Assembly: GCA_964016885.1 (NCBI GenBank)
Contig: OZ024741.1
Span: 83,204,001-83,268,000 of the forward strand
Source: Eledone cirrhosa
Taxonomy: Eukaryota
DNA length: 64,000 nt
Direction: 5' to 3'
Below are positions 1 through 13,870 of the stretch, piece by piece. The translations under genes and the position numbers were made by a program. The notes beneath the pieces are model-generated. The model was given only the letters and a program-made list of their open reading frames with translations. It ran no database searches and had not been told where the DNA came from. Positions within the stretch are counted from its first letter, which is position 1. Each line of letters begins with the position of its first letter.

Positions 1-3000
1 AAGCATGCCTTTTGAAGCGTTCCAAAAAGCGTGAAGGGGCCGATTTTCTTTAACCATCCCTGGAAACTTTTGGAGATAGTCCTCAGTGCGCCTATGACAA
101 TCGGGATCACTTTGACTTCATGGCAGTTCCAAATCCTTTTCACCTCCCACTTTAGGTCCTGGTATCGGTTAATTTTCTCCCTCTCCTTCTCTTGCACTCT
201 CGTGTCGAACGGGCAGGCCACATCCACAATCAGACACGATCTTTTTTCTTTGTCCACAACCACCAGGTCAGGTCTATTGTGTTCCAGTTTTTTGTCCGTC
301 TGTATCCTAAAATCCCACAGCACCTTCACCTGATTGTTCTCCATCACCGCCTCTGGCCTATGCTCATACCATTTCTCAGAATGTGGTAAATTGTTTACTT
401 TGCACAGGTGCCAGTGGATCACCCTGCCCATCACATCGTGTCTCCATCCCTTATAGTGGGTCTGGGCTAGGTGTTTACACTCGGACACAATGTGAGCCAC
501 AGTCTCCTCTCTCTCTCCACAGATCCTGCACAGTGGGCTAGCCTCCTCCTTGTAGATATGGTGCTTCAACCACTTCGTTTTGAGGGCCTGCTCCTGCGCA
601 GCCATTAGCATTCCTTCTGTAGCCTTTTTAAGGTCTCCTCTTCTCAACCAGTTCCATGTCTGTGGATCTCTAAATTCAGTTTTCTCAAAGAAGGTACTAT
701 GAAGGGATTTTCCCTTAAGGCCGCTCTTCCTCCTTCATGTTATTTCCTCCTTGGACATCCCCTGGCCTACTGTCCCCTCCTTCAGTACAGTTCTGAGCAT
801 TGGCTCCTTACTATAGGTCACGTATTTGTATAGGTTGTTTTTCTCAATCTGAACACAGTCCTCTATGCTGATAAGACCTCTTCCACCCTCAGATCTCCTT
901 AGGTAGAGTCTATCGACATCACTCCTCTTGTGGAACATGTTGTAGATAGTCAATAGCTTCCTAGTCTTCCTATCCATTTCTTTTTGTTCAGCAACATTCC
1001 ATCTCAGAATTCCCGCACTGTACCTAATAATAGACACAGCTCGGGAATTTACTGCGCTTATGGCATTTCTGCTGTTCAGATGTGACTTCAATACGCTCCT
1101 TACTCTCCGAATGTATTCAGTTCTTAACAATTCCTTCATTTTTTTGTTCTTTATGCCATCAGCCTCCAGAACGCCCAAATACTTGTATCCTTCCTCAGAG
1201 TCAATTTCCTTTATCATCTCACCTGTTGGTATCTGGATCCCGTTACTTCTGCTCAACCTACCCCTCTTCATCACAATGACTCCACATTTACCAATACCAA
1301 ACTGCATACATATATCACTGCTGAAAATACGGACAGTGTCAACAAGCACATCCAACTCCTTCTCACTTTTCCCGAAGAGCTTAAGATCGTCCATGAAGAG
1401 GAGGTGATTGATGGTAAGCTCTCCCCTTCCCAACTTGTATCCTGCTCTCACTTTTCGCAGCATAATGGTCAAGGGCATCAGGGCAAGGACAAACAACAGA
1501 GGGGACAGGCTATCTCCCTGGAAGATACCTCTCTTGATCTTCACGCTTCCCAAGGATACTCCAGTTGATGTCAACTCTGTCTCCCAGGACCCCATACTCC
1601 TGCCTAGCAACTGTCTGATGTTATCTGCCACCCTGAAGATCTCCAGGCTTTTGGTGATCCAGGAATGAGGCACCATGTCAAATGCCTTTCTGTAGTCTAT
1701 CCATCCCATGGCAAGATCAGTGTGTCTCCTCCTGCAATTCCCCATTACCATCTTATCAATAAGTAACTGGTCCTTTGTACCACGTGACTTCTTTCGGCAT
1801 CCTTTCTGTTCGTCCGGTAACAAGTTGTTTGTGTGGAGGTGATGGTAGATTTCCTCAGACACAATGCTCGTCAACAGTTTCCACATTACGGACAGACATG
1901 TGATAGGTCTATAGTTGGTAACATCATTACCCTTGATTCGGTCTTTCATTATCAGAACTGTGGTACCTTTTGTCAACCACTCTGGCACCTCACCCGACAC
2001 CAAGCAGTCATTGAACATGGCCGTCAGCTTCGGGTGGAGGGATGTTAAATGTTTAATCCAATACCCCTGCACACCATCTGGGCCTGGTGATTTCCAGTTG
2101 GTTAGTTTTTTGGCCTGCCCTTAAGAGTTTCAACTGTGATTCTCAAATCAGTTTGTTGTTGTGCCTGCTCCCCGATCTCCCTCTGTACTGTCTCAATCCA
2201 CCCTGCCTGGGCATTGTGTCTAACATCCTGCTCCCATATTCCTCTCCAGAATGTTTTAGTTTGTTCCGCCCCAGGGATCAAGTCGTTGCCTCTTTCTTTC
2301 CCCTCAAGCTGACCAAACAGCATCTTCTGGTTGTTGTCGAACATGCGGTTCTGTTTATACTGACTGACTCTGTTCTCGTATCGCCTGATTTTTGCACTCT
2401 TTGCTACAATGCGTTGCTTCAGTTCCTCTATGATAATATTTAGCTTTTTCCTCCTAGTTTTGTATTTTATTTCCAGTCTATTTTTAGTGCCTATGTTTTT
2501 TAGTGTCCCATTCAGTAGTGACTCAAGCTTTCCTATGTCATTTCTCATTTCCCCCATTTGCCCACTCAGTCGCTTCTTCCACCACGGCTCTGCTCTTTCT
2601 TGTCTGTTGTTTCCTCTCGCTTTTATACCAAGTAGTTTCCTCACCGTATTTGCTGTTGCTTTGAGGATATTGTTGCACTGGTGAAGGCTCCTCGCCTCAA
2701 GGTATGGGATGACTTTGTTTACCTTAGCTGTTGTTTCTTTTAACTTTTTCCTGTCTCAAATCTTAGGTTCATAGGTCTCCCACTATCATTGTTCAATTCA
2801 TCTACCACTAAATTTAGGATGTCAACCGAATCTTGTCCTAGCCCGTCAGTATTCATCTCCTCAGTGGCCGTATCTCTGTTCCAGGTATTATTTATCTCAG
2901 TATTCAGATCATTGTCTGCTTCGGGTGGTTCCTCCGTTCTCAGGACCTCTTCACCTTCATTTCCCACTGGCTCGCTTGTCTGGCATACTACACCCGCCAT

Positions 3001-4400
3001 CTCCAAGCCATTCTCTCTGCTTAGTTCCTCCAGTTCCAGCTCGCTTATCCATCCATTAGTTCTTATTGCCCGAGCCTGCCCGGCCAATTTTTGTTCATCT
3101 AATTTAAATAAACCAATCTCGTTCCAGATGTTATGCATCCGTCTCCTGTAGCCCCTCTCCTTGGGGTTACTTTTCAGGTAACATTGCATAACAGTTCTAT
3201 TCAATTCTTTCGTCCAGTTGGTTCTGGCCCCTTTCCTTCTTCTCCTTCCTCCAACATCAGCAGTATTTGGTTGACAGTCAGGTTCCTGCTGCTGAGCCAG
3301 GGGGCACCTGTTGGGTGAGAGTCTGTCACATGACGTTCTAGTCTCCATTTCACCGTTATTCGAACTGTTTATGTTCGATATTTAATCACTCTTATCGAGG
3401 ATTGGCGAATGTATGGTTACATATCCATCTGTGGATCCGCCATTCCACTTGGCCCTTGTGTGGCATTATCACCACGCTGTATACGAACACACATAAACAA
3501 ACAAACACACAGGCAGAAAGGGCCCCAAAAATGAATTTCATAAGTTTCATTGTAATGTAGTGTTCGAATGTCTGACTTAGTTTTTGTTTTTTAAGTTTTA
3601 GTTTTTCCTCCCTCTTCTCTGTCCGTCCGCCTGCTTCTCTCTTCATTCTTATTTTCTTTACGTTTTTTGGGTTTTTTTTTTTGTTTTTGTTTTTGTTTTT
3701 CTCTGTTTGTTTTTCTCGTTTTTTGCTGTTGTTGCTGTGCTGCTTTGGTTTTGTTGTTTGTTTTTTCTTTTTTCTTTTGAGTCTATCTATATATTTTGAT
3801 GCCTTCCTCTTTTTTAGCAGTAGGGATTCTATAATGTGGTGGCAGCAGGCAGCTGGAAGAAGTGGGAGACTGGCGGCGGTAGCGATACTGAGACAGTGGT
3901 GGTGGTGATGTCGATACCGAGGCAGTGGTGGCGGTGATGTGACCGTATTACTGTAGTGATGGTGCTGTAGCGGTGGTAGCAGTGAAGGAGTGAAGGGGTG
4001 TTGGCGGCGGCGATGGGATAATGGTTGTAATGATGGCCGTAGTGAGCGGTGGTGGTTTAGTGTACACAGGTGATGGGGTGGGTGGTGTATCTAGTTTCTG
4101 GTGTTGGTGAGTTTGGCTGTTCTATATAGTGTAGACAGAGGAGGAGGGGGGGGGGGTTCTTCTTCCATTTATAGCCATTTTCTTTTTTGGATATACAGTG
4201 TACAATACAAAGTTGAATATTTGAATATTTGAGCCTTATAACAATATATTTTGGGTCCGAATTTTTTGGGGCTCAAGCCGGGTGCTTTACGTAGCATTTG
4301 TACTAAGAGTTGTTATTTCACAAATGATTTAAATATGTTAAAAATTCAAAACTTACGGGAGCGATTTCATGACCTCCGTCACCTCGTGCGTCTTCTTCCC
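1..4400 (-). mobile_element. R4/Dong-type non-LTR retrotransposon (RT + CCHC + restriction-like endonuclease), frameshifted, probably with its 5' leader; 3' end runs off the window
   Basis: ORF pieces 2740-3348, 2102-2644, 735-2072 (YRPITCL, GIFQGDSLSPLLF, LFMDD). Minus strand of 1-735 reads CRICGEREETVAHIVSEC and NRPDLVVVD. The 5' boundary is placed at the (TTA)n tract at 4402; assignment of 3350-4400 to the element is inferred. Confidence 0.88.
735..2072 (-). pseudogene. Reverse transcriptase segment of Dong/R4 copy 1
   Basis: RT motifs DYRKAFDMVPH, GIFQGDSLSP, HLLFMDDLKL, YKYLG; neighbouring parts lie in other frames. Confidence 0.9.

Positions 4401-4401
<1 letters not shown>

Positions 4402-4466
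<65 letters not shown>
4402..4466. repeat. (TTA)n microsatellite between two divergently oriented LINE 5' ends
   Basis: Directly visible. Confidence 0.97.
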
Positions 4467-7400
4467 GGCGACCTACGTAGTAAATCGTATCATCGTGAGC
4501 TCCGCAAAGGTTTGTTATTTTCAGTTGTTTAAAATTGCCATTTATGGCGAATTTTTATGGTTAACTGTATATAAGTGCACATACATTGATTTCTGAAAAG
4601 TACACTCGAAAAGATTGGGGCCTTGAGCCCAAAATGTACATTTTTTTTATAATTATCAAACAAAAAAAAATTTCTTTGAAAAATCATGGCCGACTCAGTG
4701 TCACACCTTCCTCACAAACTAGCACCTCACACCGACACCACCATTGTAAATATTACTACGTTTGCCAACACTAAAAATATAAGCATTAGCAATATTTTAA
4801 ATTTGTCTCAGGCAGACATTCATTTCCCGCCATTACCAATGACTGCAGGTGTTAAAGCCGCCACCCCCACCACCAACACCACAGCGACAACAGAAACAAA
4901 AGAAAATAATAAATTAACTCGTGATATCGAAATGAATTCAACCAAATTGAGGCCACCTCTCTTACCCACCCAGTGACTCAACCATCAACACCACCAGCAG
5001 CAGAAATAGCAGCAACAATGGTAGCAGCAACAACAGAAGCAACTGTAACAGCAACAACCCCAGCAACAGTAGCCAAACCAACACCACCACCACCCAACGC
5101 CCCAGAACTAACACCAGCGCCTACACCATCCACCACGCCACAACCAAAGCCAACGCCTGTGGAGGATTTTCCACTCCACGGCTTATCGCAACTGGAGACA
5201 GATTGTGACGACGAGGAGTGGGAAACATATCAGGAAAAAAGAAAAAAATAAGAAACCAAAAAAGAAAAAATTCTCTTCCTTCCCCCTCAAAAAACAAAAT
5301 ACAGAGGGAAACAAATAAATTATCGAACAAGAAAGTTAAGACAGATATGTCACCATCCACACCAGCATCACCAACCCCATCACCATAAACACCAACACCA
5401 TCACCATCATTAACCCCAACACCACCATCAGCAGCACCACAAAAGTCAGCAAAAAGCGTAACAGAAACAAACCCACAACAAACGCAAACAAAACAAAACA
5501 ACCAAAACGATGCACACTACACAGCATTAAATTTGAACAACAACCAATGATTACACTACATCCAACACAACACCAGCATCACAGAAAAAAGACTACACAA
5601 CAACCCAAAAGTTCACACCACATCCACACATACAAATCACTCGCATCACACAGAAAACGTACACGACACTGAAACAAAAATTCACCAAAGACATCGGAGA
5701 CTTCCGACAAACACTCTCCAGGAGGATTTATAAGGACATCCTTCCGGAGAAGGCCACAAGCAGTGAAAAGGATGGACAAACCATCCTTCCTCTACGAGAA
5801 GTAAGGTATGTGGTCTTTCCCATCTTTTCCACTCCATTTCAACATGACCTCACTCAGCAGCTTAAATGGGCGTGGTTTGGGGTCGTCATGGAAGCAGGGC
5901 CACCGGCTCAACGACCTCAGGTCAATAAACATAGATGTAGTGGCCATCAGCGAGACCAGAATCTCCGAAGCACGGGCCTTCGCACCGATCTTCGGCGGCT
6001 ACGATGTGTACGCATCTCCCAGCCGTCCGGGATCGGGGGAAGGAGTTGCTGTGCTTTTTCGGAGAGGTTTGGATCTCGCCATACGGGCCATCTTCCTGGA
6101 CCCAGAATGTAAGTTGGGGGTGCTAGACCTGACCAGCGGAGACGGGCAAGCTTTCAGGCTAGTGGCCGTCTATACCCCGACAGGAGCAGGGCTGCCTGAT
6201 TTCTTCCGGCGTCTGGAGACCTTTCTTGGAACGTCCCGCTCTTTAGTGTTAGTGGGCGACTGGAACGGGATCTTAGATGCACGCTGGCACTGTGTGGGAT
6301 TAGCGGATAGGGGAGGAGGGTGCAAGAGCCTCACCAACCTGCTCAGGCGTTTTGAACTGTCTGACAGGTACCGATTGGATTTCCCGAATGTGCCAATGTG
6401 GACTTGGACAAATCGCATAGGGTCATCCAGATCATATCTAGATAGAGTATTTTGTAGAGAAATAGATAGGTCTAGCATAGGCTGTCCACAATTCAAGATA
6501 GTCGGCTACACAGACCACAAATTCTTGATCTGTGTACTTGACTTAGATAGGCTTCATAGACGAGGACCCGGCTACTGGAAGCTAAACGCGTCCTTACCAG
6601 CGCGCAAGCCTACAGAGTCCGGATTAGCGAACTAGTTAAGCGGGCGTTTACAGGGAGCCATCGTCAACAATAAGTGCTGGTTTGCTCAGAAAAGAGCAAT
6701 TAGAATAGAGTCCATTAGGTTTAGTATGGCTTTAGCAATAGAGAAAAATAGAGCAGAGGGAGAATTAGTTAGAAAATTAGACGAGGCGCTTAGCAAAGGC
6801 ATCGCGACCGACGTATTTTCGGCGAAATTGGCCCTTCACCAATTCTTCAATGCAAAGCACGTAGGCTGCGTTGTCAGAGCTAGGGTGGGTGCTCTCAGAC
6901 ACGAGAGGACGAAAGCCGTTCAATGGGCCCGAGTGGCGGAGGCGAATCGTGACAACAAATCCACGATCCGGTGTTTGGTGGACCACGACGGGCGCATGCT
7001 ACTCGATCCCAGGCAAATGTGTGAAGCTATTCAGCGACCCTTCGCTCAGATGTTCGGAGGCAGCGGCGGGCCGGATCGAGGGATGGACATTAGTGTCTAC
7101 CTCGACTGACTGCCGCGGCTCTCGGCCACTGAGGCGGAGTGTTGCGAAAAGCCGATAACAGCCGCTGAAGTACGGGAGGCAATGACTAGCTGCACAAGGG
7201 GTAAATCGCCTGGTTTGGATGGTCTGCCCTATGAACTTTACGTACAGATGCCAGACTTGTTCGGAGGCCTCTTGGCGGACGTCTACTGCAACTGGCAATA
7301 ACGGGAGAATTCCCAGCTCTGTGAGCCGAAGAGCTGTGGCACTTCTGAGAAAGGATCCGAACAAGAGGAATAACATAGATAATTTTAGGCCCATAACTCT

Positions 7401-9491
7401 GCTAAACACAGAGTTCAAGATTTTGGCCAAGGTGCTAGCAAAGAGGTTGGCGCTTGTCGTTGGTGGTCTGGTGGGAGAGGCGCAGACAGCCATTCGCGAC
7501 AGATCCATCCACGACAACCTCCACCTCATGCGATACATCGTAGAGAGGGTAGCTAGGCAACCTGGCACGGGTGGGTCCTTGATCCATTTAGATCAGTCGA
7601 AAGCATTCGATAGGGTCGATCATCGTTACCAAGCGGCAGTCCTGAGGGCGGCTGGCTTTGGGCCCGTCTTCAGAGGCTGGATCGCTGCCATGCACAGCGA
7701 CATCTGCTCTGTGGTGATAGTGAAAGGTCACCTTTCGGTACCGTTCAACATCATGCGCTCGGTCCGCCATGGATTACAACTCTCGTCCCTCTTGTACGTA
7801 TTGACTCACGAGCCATTACTGCACAAACTGGAGACGTTGAGGGCGGTCCCGCGCGAACTAGGATGCGGAAGATCCGTGTCAGCATATGCGGACGAAGTCA
7901 CCGTAGTGGTGTCGAACGCCAAACACATCGAGGCGATCGGCACTACACTAAGAGAATACGAAGCGGTGACAGGAGCAATGATCAACCAGAAAAAGTCAGT
8001 GGGCCTGCAGCTCGGCACCTGCAGAGGCAGGTCCATGCCGTCCAACAGCGTCGTCAGGCACTGGACGGACGGCCAGTTAAATTGCTCGGGGTCTGGTTCG
8101 GTCCGTACCTCCAGACGGACAAAAACTGGGGCAAGGTGACGAGCAGGGTGGCTTTTCTCACCCAGAAATGGGCCGAGAGGAAGCTATCCCTGAAAGGTCG
8201 AGCGGAGGTGGCTAACGCGTACATCGCGTCCGTCATTTACTACCGCTTGACCGTCGTACCTTGTCCTAAGCCGCGCCTGACAGCGCTGGAGCGTTTGCTC
8301 TTTCGCTTTTTGTGGAAGGGACGCGCTTCGATGGTCAGGCGGTCCATCTGCTGTCAACACCGCTACGTGGAGGGCTGGGAATGCCGTGACTGATGATGCG
8401 CAGACACGCGCTCAGGCTACGACATCTCCACCTCTTCATCGACGGTGATCAGGTGTGGTCTCCGTTTGCTCGACAAGTCTTTCCCAGCTCGTCTGCTTGA
8501 CGGAGCTACAGTCCTGGGTCAAGCGAAGAACGAGAGGGAGCGCTTGGAGACTGGAATATCTTCAGGCGCTCACAGCCCTCGACCAATCGGGCAATGTGAT
8601 CGTTGGAAACTCCACCTTGGCGTTCTATAGAGAATTAGTGGAGGGGAAGAGGGACGGCGTACTTGGTGAAACTCTAGGCGTCGACGAAAATCAACTAGCC
8701 AATCTCTTCGGAAGACCTTTCGGGCCGGGGCCTATGGGCAACTTCCAGAAATCCCTGGCCAGGCAGTGCTACCGAGGAGATTTGGCAGTTCGGGATAAAC
8801 CCTACAGGCATGGAGGTGCCGTCAGCCGGGCATGTCCGAGATGCGCGCAGGGCGACGAAACCGTCCTACACGCACTCGTCCAGTGTCCGAGCATTGCTGA
8901 CTTGTGGGTTTATGTCGAACCCCTGCTGTCGCGTGTGGGACGGATCCAGCTATCAGCTGAGTCCATCGAGAGGATTGCCCCGCCCTCTTCCTTTAGCCGG
9001 GAAGGGCAGGCAGTTTTTATCTGTCTGGTGGCCATGGCGAAAGAGATTGTATGGTGGACACGTTTGAAAGGGCTGAAGACGAGCACTTACCTCTTCGGTG
9101 ATGCCCTGATTAACTTTTTCAAATTTCATTTGAAAAGGAAAATCAGGGTAGAAAGGGAAGTGCTCTCTTCCCAGCATTTTGTTGAAAGATGGGTGAGAGA
9201 GGCAAGAATGGCCGGAGTGAATGGGCCTACTCTGAGTATGTGTCTGTAAATTAAAGGTGGAAAACTGGGAGAGGGCACTTGCCCTGGTGGTCAGGGTCAC
9301 TGTGGCTTTTTAATGCGCTTTCTCCACCAATGTCCCTCGGAAGTCTCCCCCCTATTGGGGAATTTTTTCATTGTTCTATTATTACCTCCTCTGTTTCTTG
9401 TTTTTTTTACACGAAGAAATGCCCATTTGTACCGCCCTGTATAGTCCTGTACTGTCCATAATGTGTACGTTATGTGTACTTAATAAAGAAA

Positions 9492-9492
<1 letters not shown>
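4467..9492 (+). mobile_element. L1-clade Tx1-like LINE, frameshifted (APE + RT + C-terminal zinc finger)
   Basis: APE 5808-6635 (SLNGRGL, ISET, GDWN, SYLDRVF, TDH); RT about 7130-8390 (GKSPGLDGLP, NFRPITLLNTEFKILAK, LDQSKAFDRVDH, AYADE); CPRC..ETVLHALVQC in 8455-9249; AATAAA at about 9482 followed by (ATT)n. Confidence 0.88.
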
Positions 9493-9526
<34 letters not shown>

Positions 9527-9674
9527 ATTACAGTTGCATTTGTCTTGCTTTATGTTCATACGAGTTATCACCAAGTCACAACAAGTGACCTCAAGAGACA
9601 ACAAGGTCCGCCATGTTCAAGGAAGAACATACATACGCACACATGCATCTTTAGTGTTTAGACTTGTGATGTAC

Positions 9675-10424
9675 TTATATTGACAGAATCTTCCTTAGTA
9701 TATGGGCAGTTCCCATTAGTACTATCTTTTGTATTTCTCCTATACGCGGGTTTCCTGGGATCTGCGATAAGTAATCATTAGACCCCTTAGGTATCATTCC
9801 CAGAGCGCCTACAACCATTGGTATTGTTTGAGTTCTCAACTTCCACATTTTTCCAATTTCTATCTCCAGGTCCTTATACTTGCTCAATTTTTCAAATGTT
9901 TTTATAGATACATTCTTGTCTATTGGAACAGACATATCAATTAGCAGGCATACCCTCTTTTTAAAGTCCTTCAATATTATATCAGGTCTATTTCCATCTA
10001 TTTTTCGGTCTGTTTGGATGCTAAAGTTCCACAAGATTGAGATGTGATCTTTTTCAAGTATGGGAGGTGGTTGATGCTCCCACCAATTCTTTTGATGGAG
10101 CAGGTCAAAATGCTTACACATTATCCAATGTATGTATTGTGCAGCTCTGTCATGCCTGTTTAGGTATTCGGTTTGAGCTATAGGACTGCACATTGAAATT
10201 ATATGGTCAATGGTCTCTGGTTGTTTTTTGCATACACGGCATAATGGGCTGCATCCATTTTTTATTATGTTGGCTTGGTAATTTTTTGTTGGCAGACACT
10301 GATCTTGTGCTGATATAATCAGTCCTTCAGTCTCCGATTTCAGTCCAGAGGATGCCAACCACTGATGGGTTAAAGTTTTGTCAACGTCAGGATTGTTAGC
10401 TCGCTCTGGGTATTTTCTTGCCAT
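9675..10424 (-). pseudogene. CCHC knuckle + restriction-like endonuclease portion of Dong copy 2
   Basis: CRVCKKQPETIDHIISMC, RHD, RPDIILKD, KLSKYKDL, PMVVGALG. Confidence 0.9.
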
Positions 10425-12751
10425 TTCTTAGCCAGTTTCTGTAGCAGTTCTTTCTTTGCAGTTACTTTTACCTGCTTTGCTTTTTCTGTGTTTTCCATTT
10501 CAGCAGTAAATGGGACTTCTGAAATTTGTAGTCCATTACTGTATCTTTGTGCATCTTTTGTAATGGAATATGATCTTTTGGTGCTTTCGTGTTTCAAAAC
10601 GAGTTTGATCATCCAACCATGTGATTCCCTTAGATATGTAGATAATCCAATTGTTGCAGTTTTCAACGCAATGTCTAACTGGATTAACCCACGTCCTCCT
10701 TCTTTCCTAGGGAGATATATTCTATCTATACCTGCCTTAGGGTGATGCATTATGTGCATGGTTAAGAATTTTCGAATTTTTGTATCGAGCCTACGGATCT
10801 CTGTGCTTGACCAGTTGATGACATTGTAACTGTAGGTTACTACTGGTATGGCAAGCGTGTTTATGGCATCGATCCTATTCCTTGCATTCAATTCCGTTCT
10901 TAAGATTGCTCTTACTCTGCGGTAACATTCCTTCCTTATCCTTTCCCTCATTGTCGAGTGCTTGATTCCGTCTCCGTCACAAACTCCTAGATATTTGTAA
11001 GTTTTTTCTTGATGAAGTTCTCTTATCACGTTCCCCCGATCAAGATTAATGTCTGAACTCTTCAGCAGCTTTCCTCTGGTGAACGTTGCTTTGGCGCATT
11101 TATCTAGTCCAAACTCCATTTTAATGTCATCACTGAACTGCTTCACAGTGGATAATAGCCCTTGCAATTGTTCATCATTTTTTGCAAATAGTTTCAGGTC
11201 ATCCATGTAGAACAGGTGATTAATGGTTTTGTCATAGACTTTATATCCATGTTTTGTTTCATTGAGCATTTTACTTAATGGTATAAGTGCGATGCAGAAT
11301 AAAAGCGGTGATAAAGAGTCACCCTGAAAAATTCCACAATTAATATTAACTTCTCCAGCTTCCAGTGATTTTATTTCACTATTCAAAAGGAGTGTCGTTT
11401 TCCATGTCTTCATACTGAATGACAAAAACCTCCTGACAACGGGGGATATTTTGAAAATCTCTAAACATTTTTCAATCCAACTGTGTGGCAAACGATCGAA
11501 TACTTTTTTATAATCTATCCAAGCAATCGATAGATTTTTGTGTCGATTATGACAATCTCCCAGTATCATTTTGTTAACCAGAAGCTGATCCTTACAGCCA
11601 TATGAGCCTCGTTTACACCCTTTCTGCTCAATGGGAAATAGGTCATTAGTTATCAGGTGGTCATATGTGTATTCAGTTAGGACTGATGTTAAAATGTTAT
11701 ACATTGTCGTCAAGCAAGTTATCGGTCTGTAATTTTTGGGATTGTTTGTCTCATCATTCTTCGGAAGCAGGAATGTAATGCCGTTAACTAGCCATGATGG
11801 TATCTTTTCTGGCTCCTTAACTATTTCATTGTAAAGTTGGGCTAACAGCTCATGAGACTCTGTGAAGGCATTTATCCAAAAGTTTTGTATTTTGTCTTTT
11901 CCTGAGGATTTCCACTTGCTGGTTTTTCTTAGAGCCAAGCGCAACTGTTCAACTGTTATATTTTCCCATGTTTGTTCCTCAAGGTGAGCTGTATCGTTCA
12001 TTTGTCTGTCTATCCATGGGGCATGTATGTTATGAACTTTTTCTTCGGCCCAGATCTTTTCCCAGAATTCTTGCACTTCCTCCTTGGGTGGTATTGATTT
12101 AGCAGTTATTGTTGACTTACCAATTTTTCTGTAGAAGTTTCTTTGGTTGTTTTTGAACATATTATTGTCCTTATAGAATCTAGATCGTTTTTCAAAGCGC
12201 CTTATACGAGCAGCTTTGGCTGACACTTTTTGCTTGATTATTTCTATCAGCATGTCTATGTCACATGTTGATTTTATACCGTACTTATTTTTCAATTTTC
12301 TAAGTTTAGTTTGTTTAACATGTTCACCTACTTTATAGTTTGTTAAAATTTCTATGTCAGATCGGAGAAGGTTTATTTGGCGATTGATGTTGTCTTGCCA
12401 AGTAGATTTCTTGTGGGAATTCCTTTGTTTTTTCATCTTCACTCCACATAAGTGAGCGGTGACTTTAGCTGATGCATAATAGAGATGATTTAAATCAGTA
12501 ATGTTTAGTTTGTTTGTGATGATAATGTTTTTGAGAATTATGTTAGTCCTGTGTATTATCTTTTGGTTCTGTTTGGAGTTCTGGATCTTAGGGAGGGTGT
12601 CTCGTTGCCCCATGTCAGATTCTTTCATTTTCATCCATTCGATCATAATTTCATCCTTCAAGTTGGCAAGTTCATTCTCATTCATTTCTTTATCATTTAC
12701 GATCTCATTATTTTCATTTGGAGTTTCATCCTGAGCATGCACTCCCTCCAC
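10370..12751 (-). pseudogene. RT portion (793 aa) of Dong copy 2
   Basis: YRPITCL, GIFQGDSLSPLLF, FYMDD, YKYLG; frameshift near 10400. Confidence 0.9.
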
Positions 12752-12896
12752 TTTTTCGATTCTTTCTTTAATTTGTTCTGTTGCCAGTGATTCCGCCCCA
12801 ACCCTGGGGTTCGAAGTGTTACAGTTTACCTCGTTTTCACTGACACATGTTTCATTTTCCCTTCGCTGACTTTGTGCTAATAGCTTGATCTGATCA

Positions 12897-12956
<60 letters not shown>

Positions 12957-12969
12957 CATCATCATCATT

Positions 12970-13440
12970 TTTATTACATTTGCATTTATCTTGCTTTATG
13001 TTCATACGAGTTATCACCAAGTCGCAACCAGTGACCTCAAGGCACAACAAGGTCCACCATGTTCAAGAAAGAACATACATACACACACATGCATATTTAG
13101 GTGTTTAGACTTGTGATGTACTTGTATTGACAGAATCTTCCTTATTATATGGGTAGTTCCCATTAGTACTATGTTTAGTATTTCTTCTATACGCGGATTT
13201 CCTGGGATTTGCGAATAATAACCTATAGAGCGCCTACAACCACTGGTATTGTTTTAGTTTTCAATTTCCACATTTTTACAATTTCTATCTCCAGGTCTTT
13301 TTATACTTGCTCAATTTTTCAAATGTTTTTATAGATACATTCTTGTCTATTGGAACAGACATATCAATAAGCAGGCATACCCTCCTTTTAAAGTCCTTCA
13401 GTATTATATCAGGTCTATTTGCCTATATTTTTCGGTCTGG
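12970..13440 (-). mobile_element. 3' fragment of the same Dong family as copy 2
   Basis: Aligns by eye to 9525-10010 (3' UTR and endonuclease end) with substitutions and a short deletion. Confidence 0.9.
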
Positions 13441-13485
13441 AAGCTAAATGTTATCATTAATATTCGAAATATTCAGATTATAAAT

Positions 13486-13580
<95 letters not shown>

Positions 13581-13584
<4 letters not shown>

Positions 13585-13765
13585 AAAATGTATTCGATGT
13601 TTCGACGGCTATTTCTGGACTAAATTTTTGTCCAGAAATAGCCGTCGAAACGGCTTGAGCTATGCCGTCGGGCTCATACATTTTCCTATTACCCACTCTA
13701 CTACCCAAAGTATTGAGTACTCTGGTGCGTTATGGTCCTTCTGGTTCCTTACCACAACTCCTTCG

Positions 13766-13768
<3 letters not shown>
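13581..13768 (+). mobile_element. Miniature fold-back copy of the element family at 27173-29268
   Basis: 13630-13768 matches the reverse complement of 27173-27312; perfect hairpin gtttcgacggctatttctggac/gtccagaaatagccgtcgaaac; (TA)n on both sides. Confidence 0.8.
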
Positions 13769-13846
<78 letters not shown>

Positions 13847-13870
13847 ATATGTATATATATAAATATATAT

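Larger units (their letters stand above)
9523..12899 (-). mobile_element. R4/Dong-type LINE copy 2, 5'-truncated, flanked by (TAA)n on both sides
   Basis: ORF 10370-12751 (RT) and frameshifted ORF 9675-10424 (CRVC..ETIDHIISMC, RPDIILKD..D..K); triplet tracts at 9493-9522 and 12900-12956. Confidence 0.92.

Noticed and set aside
3390-4520. HDV-like ribozyme at the Dong or Tx1 5' ends
   Set aside because: Could not build the nested double pseudoknot by eye; needs a motif search
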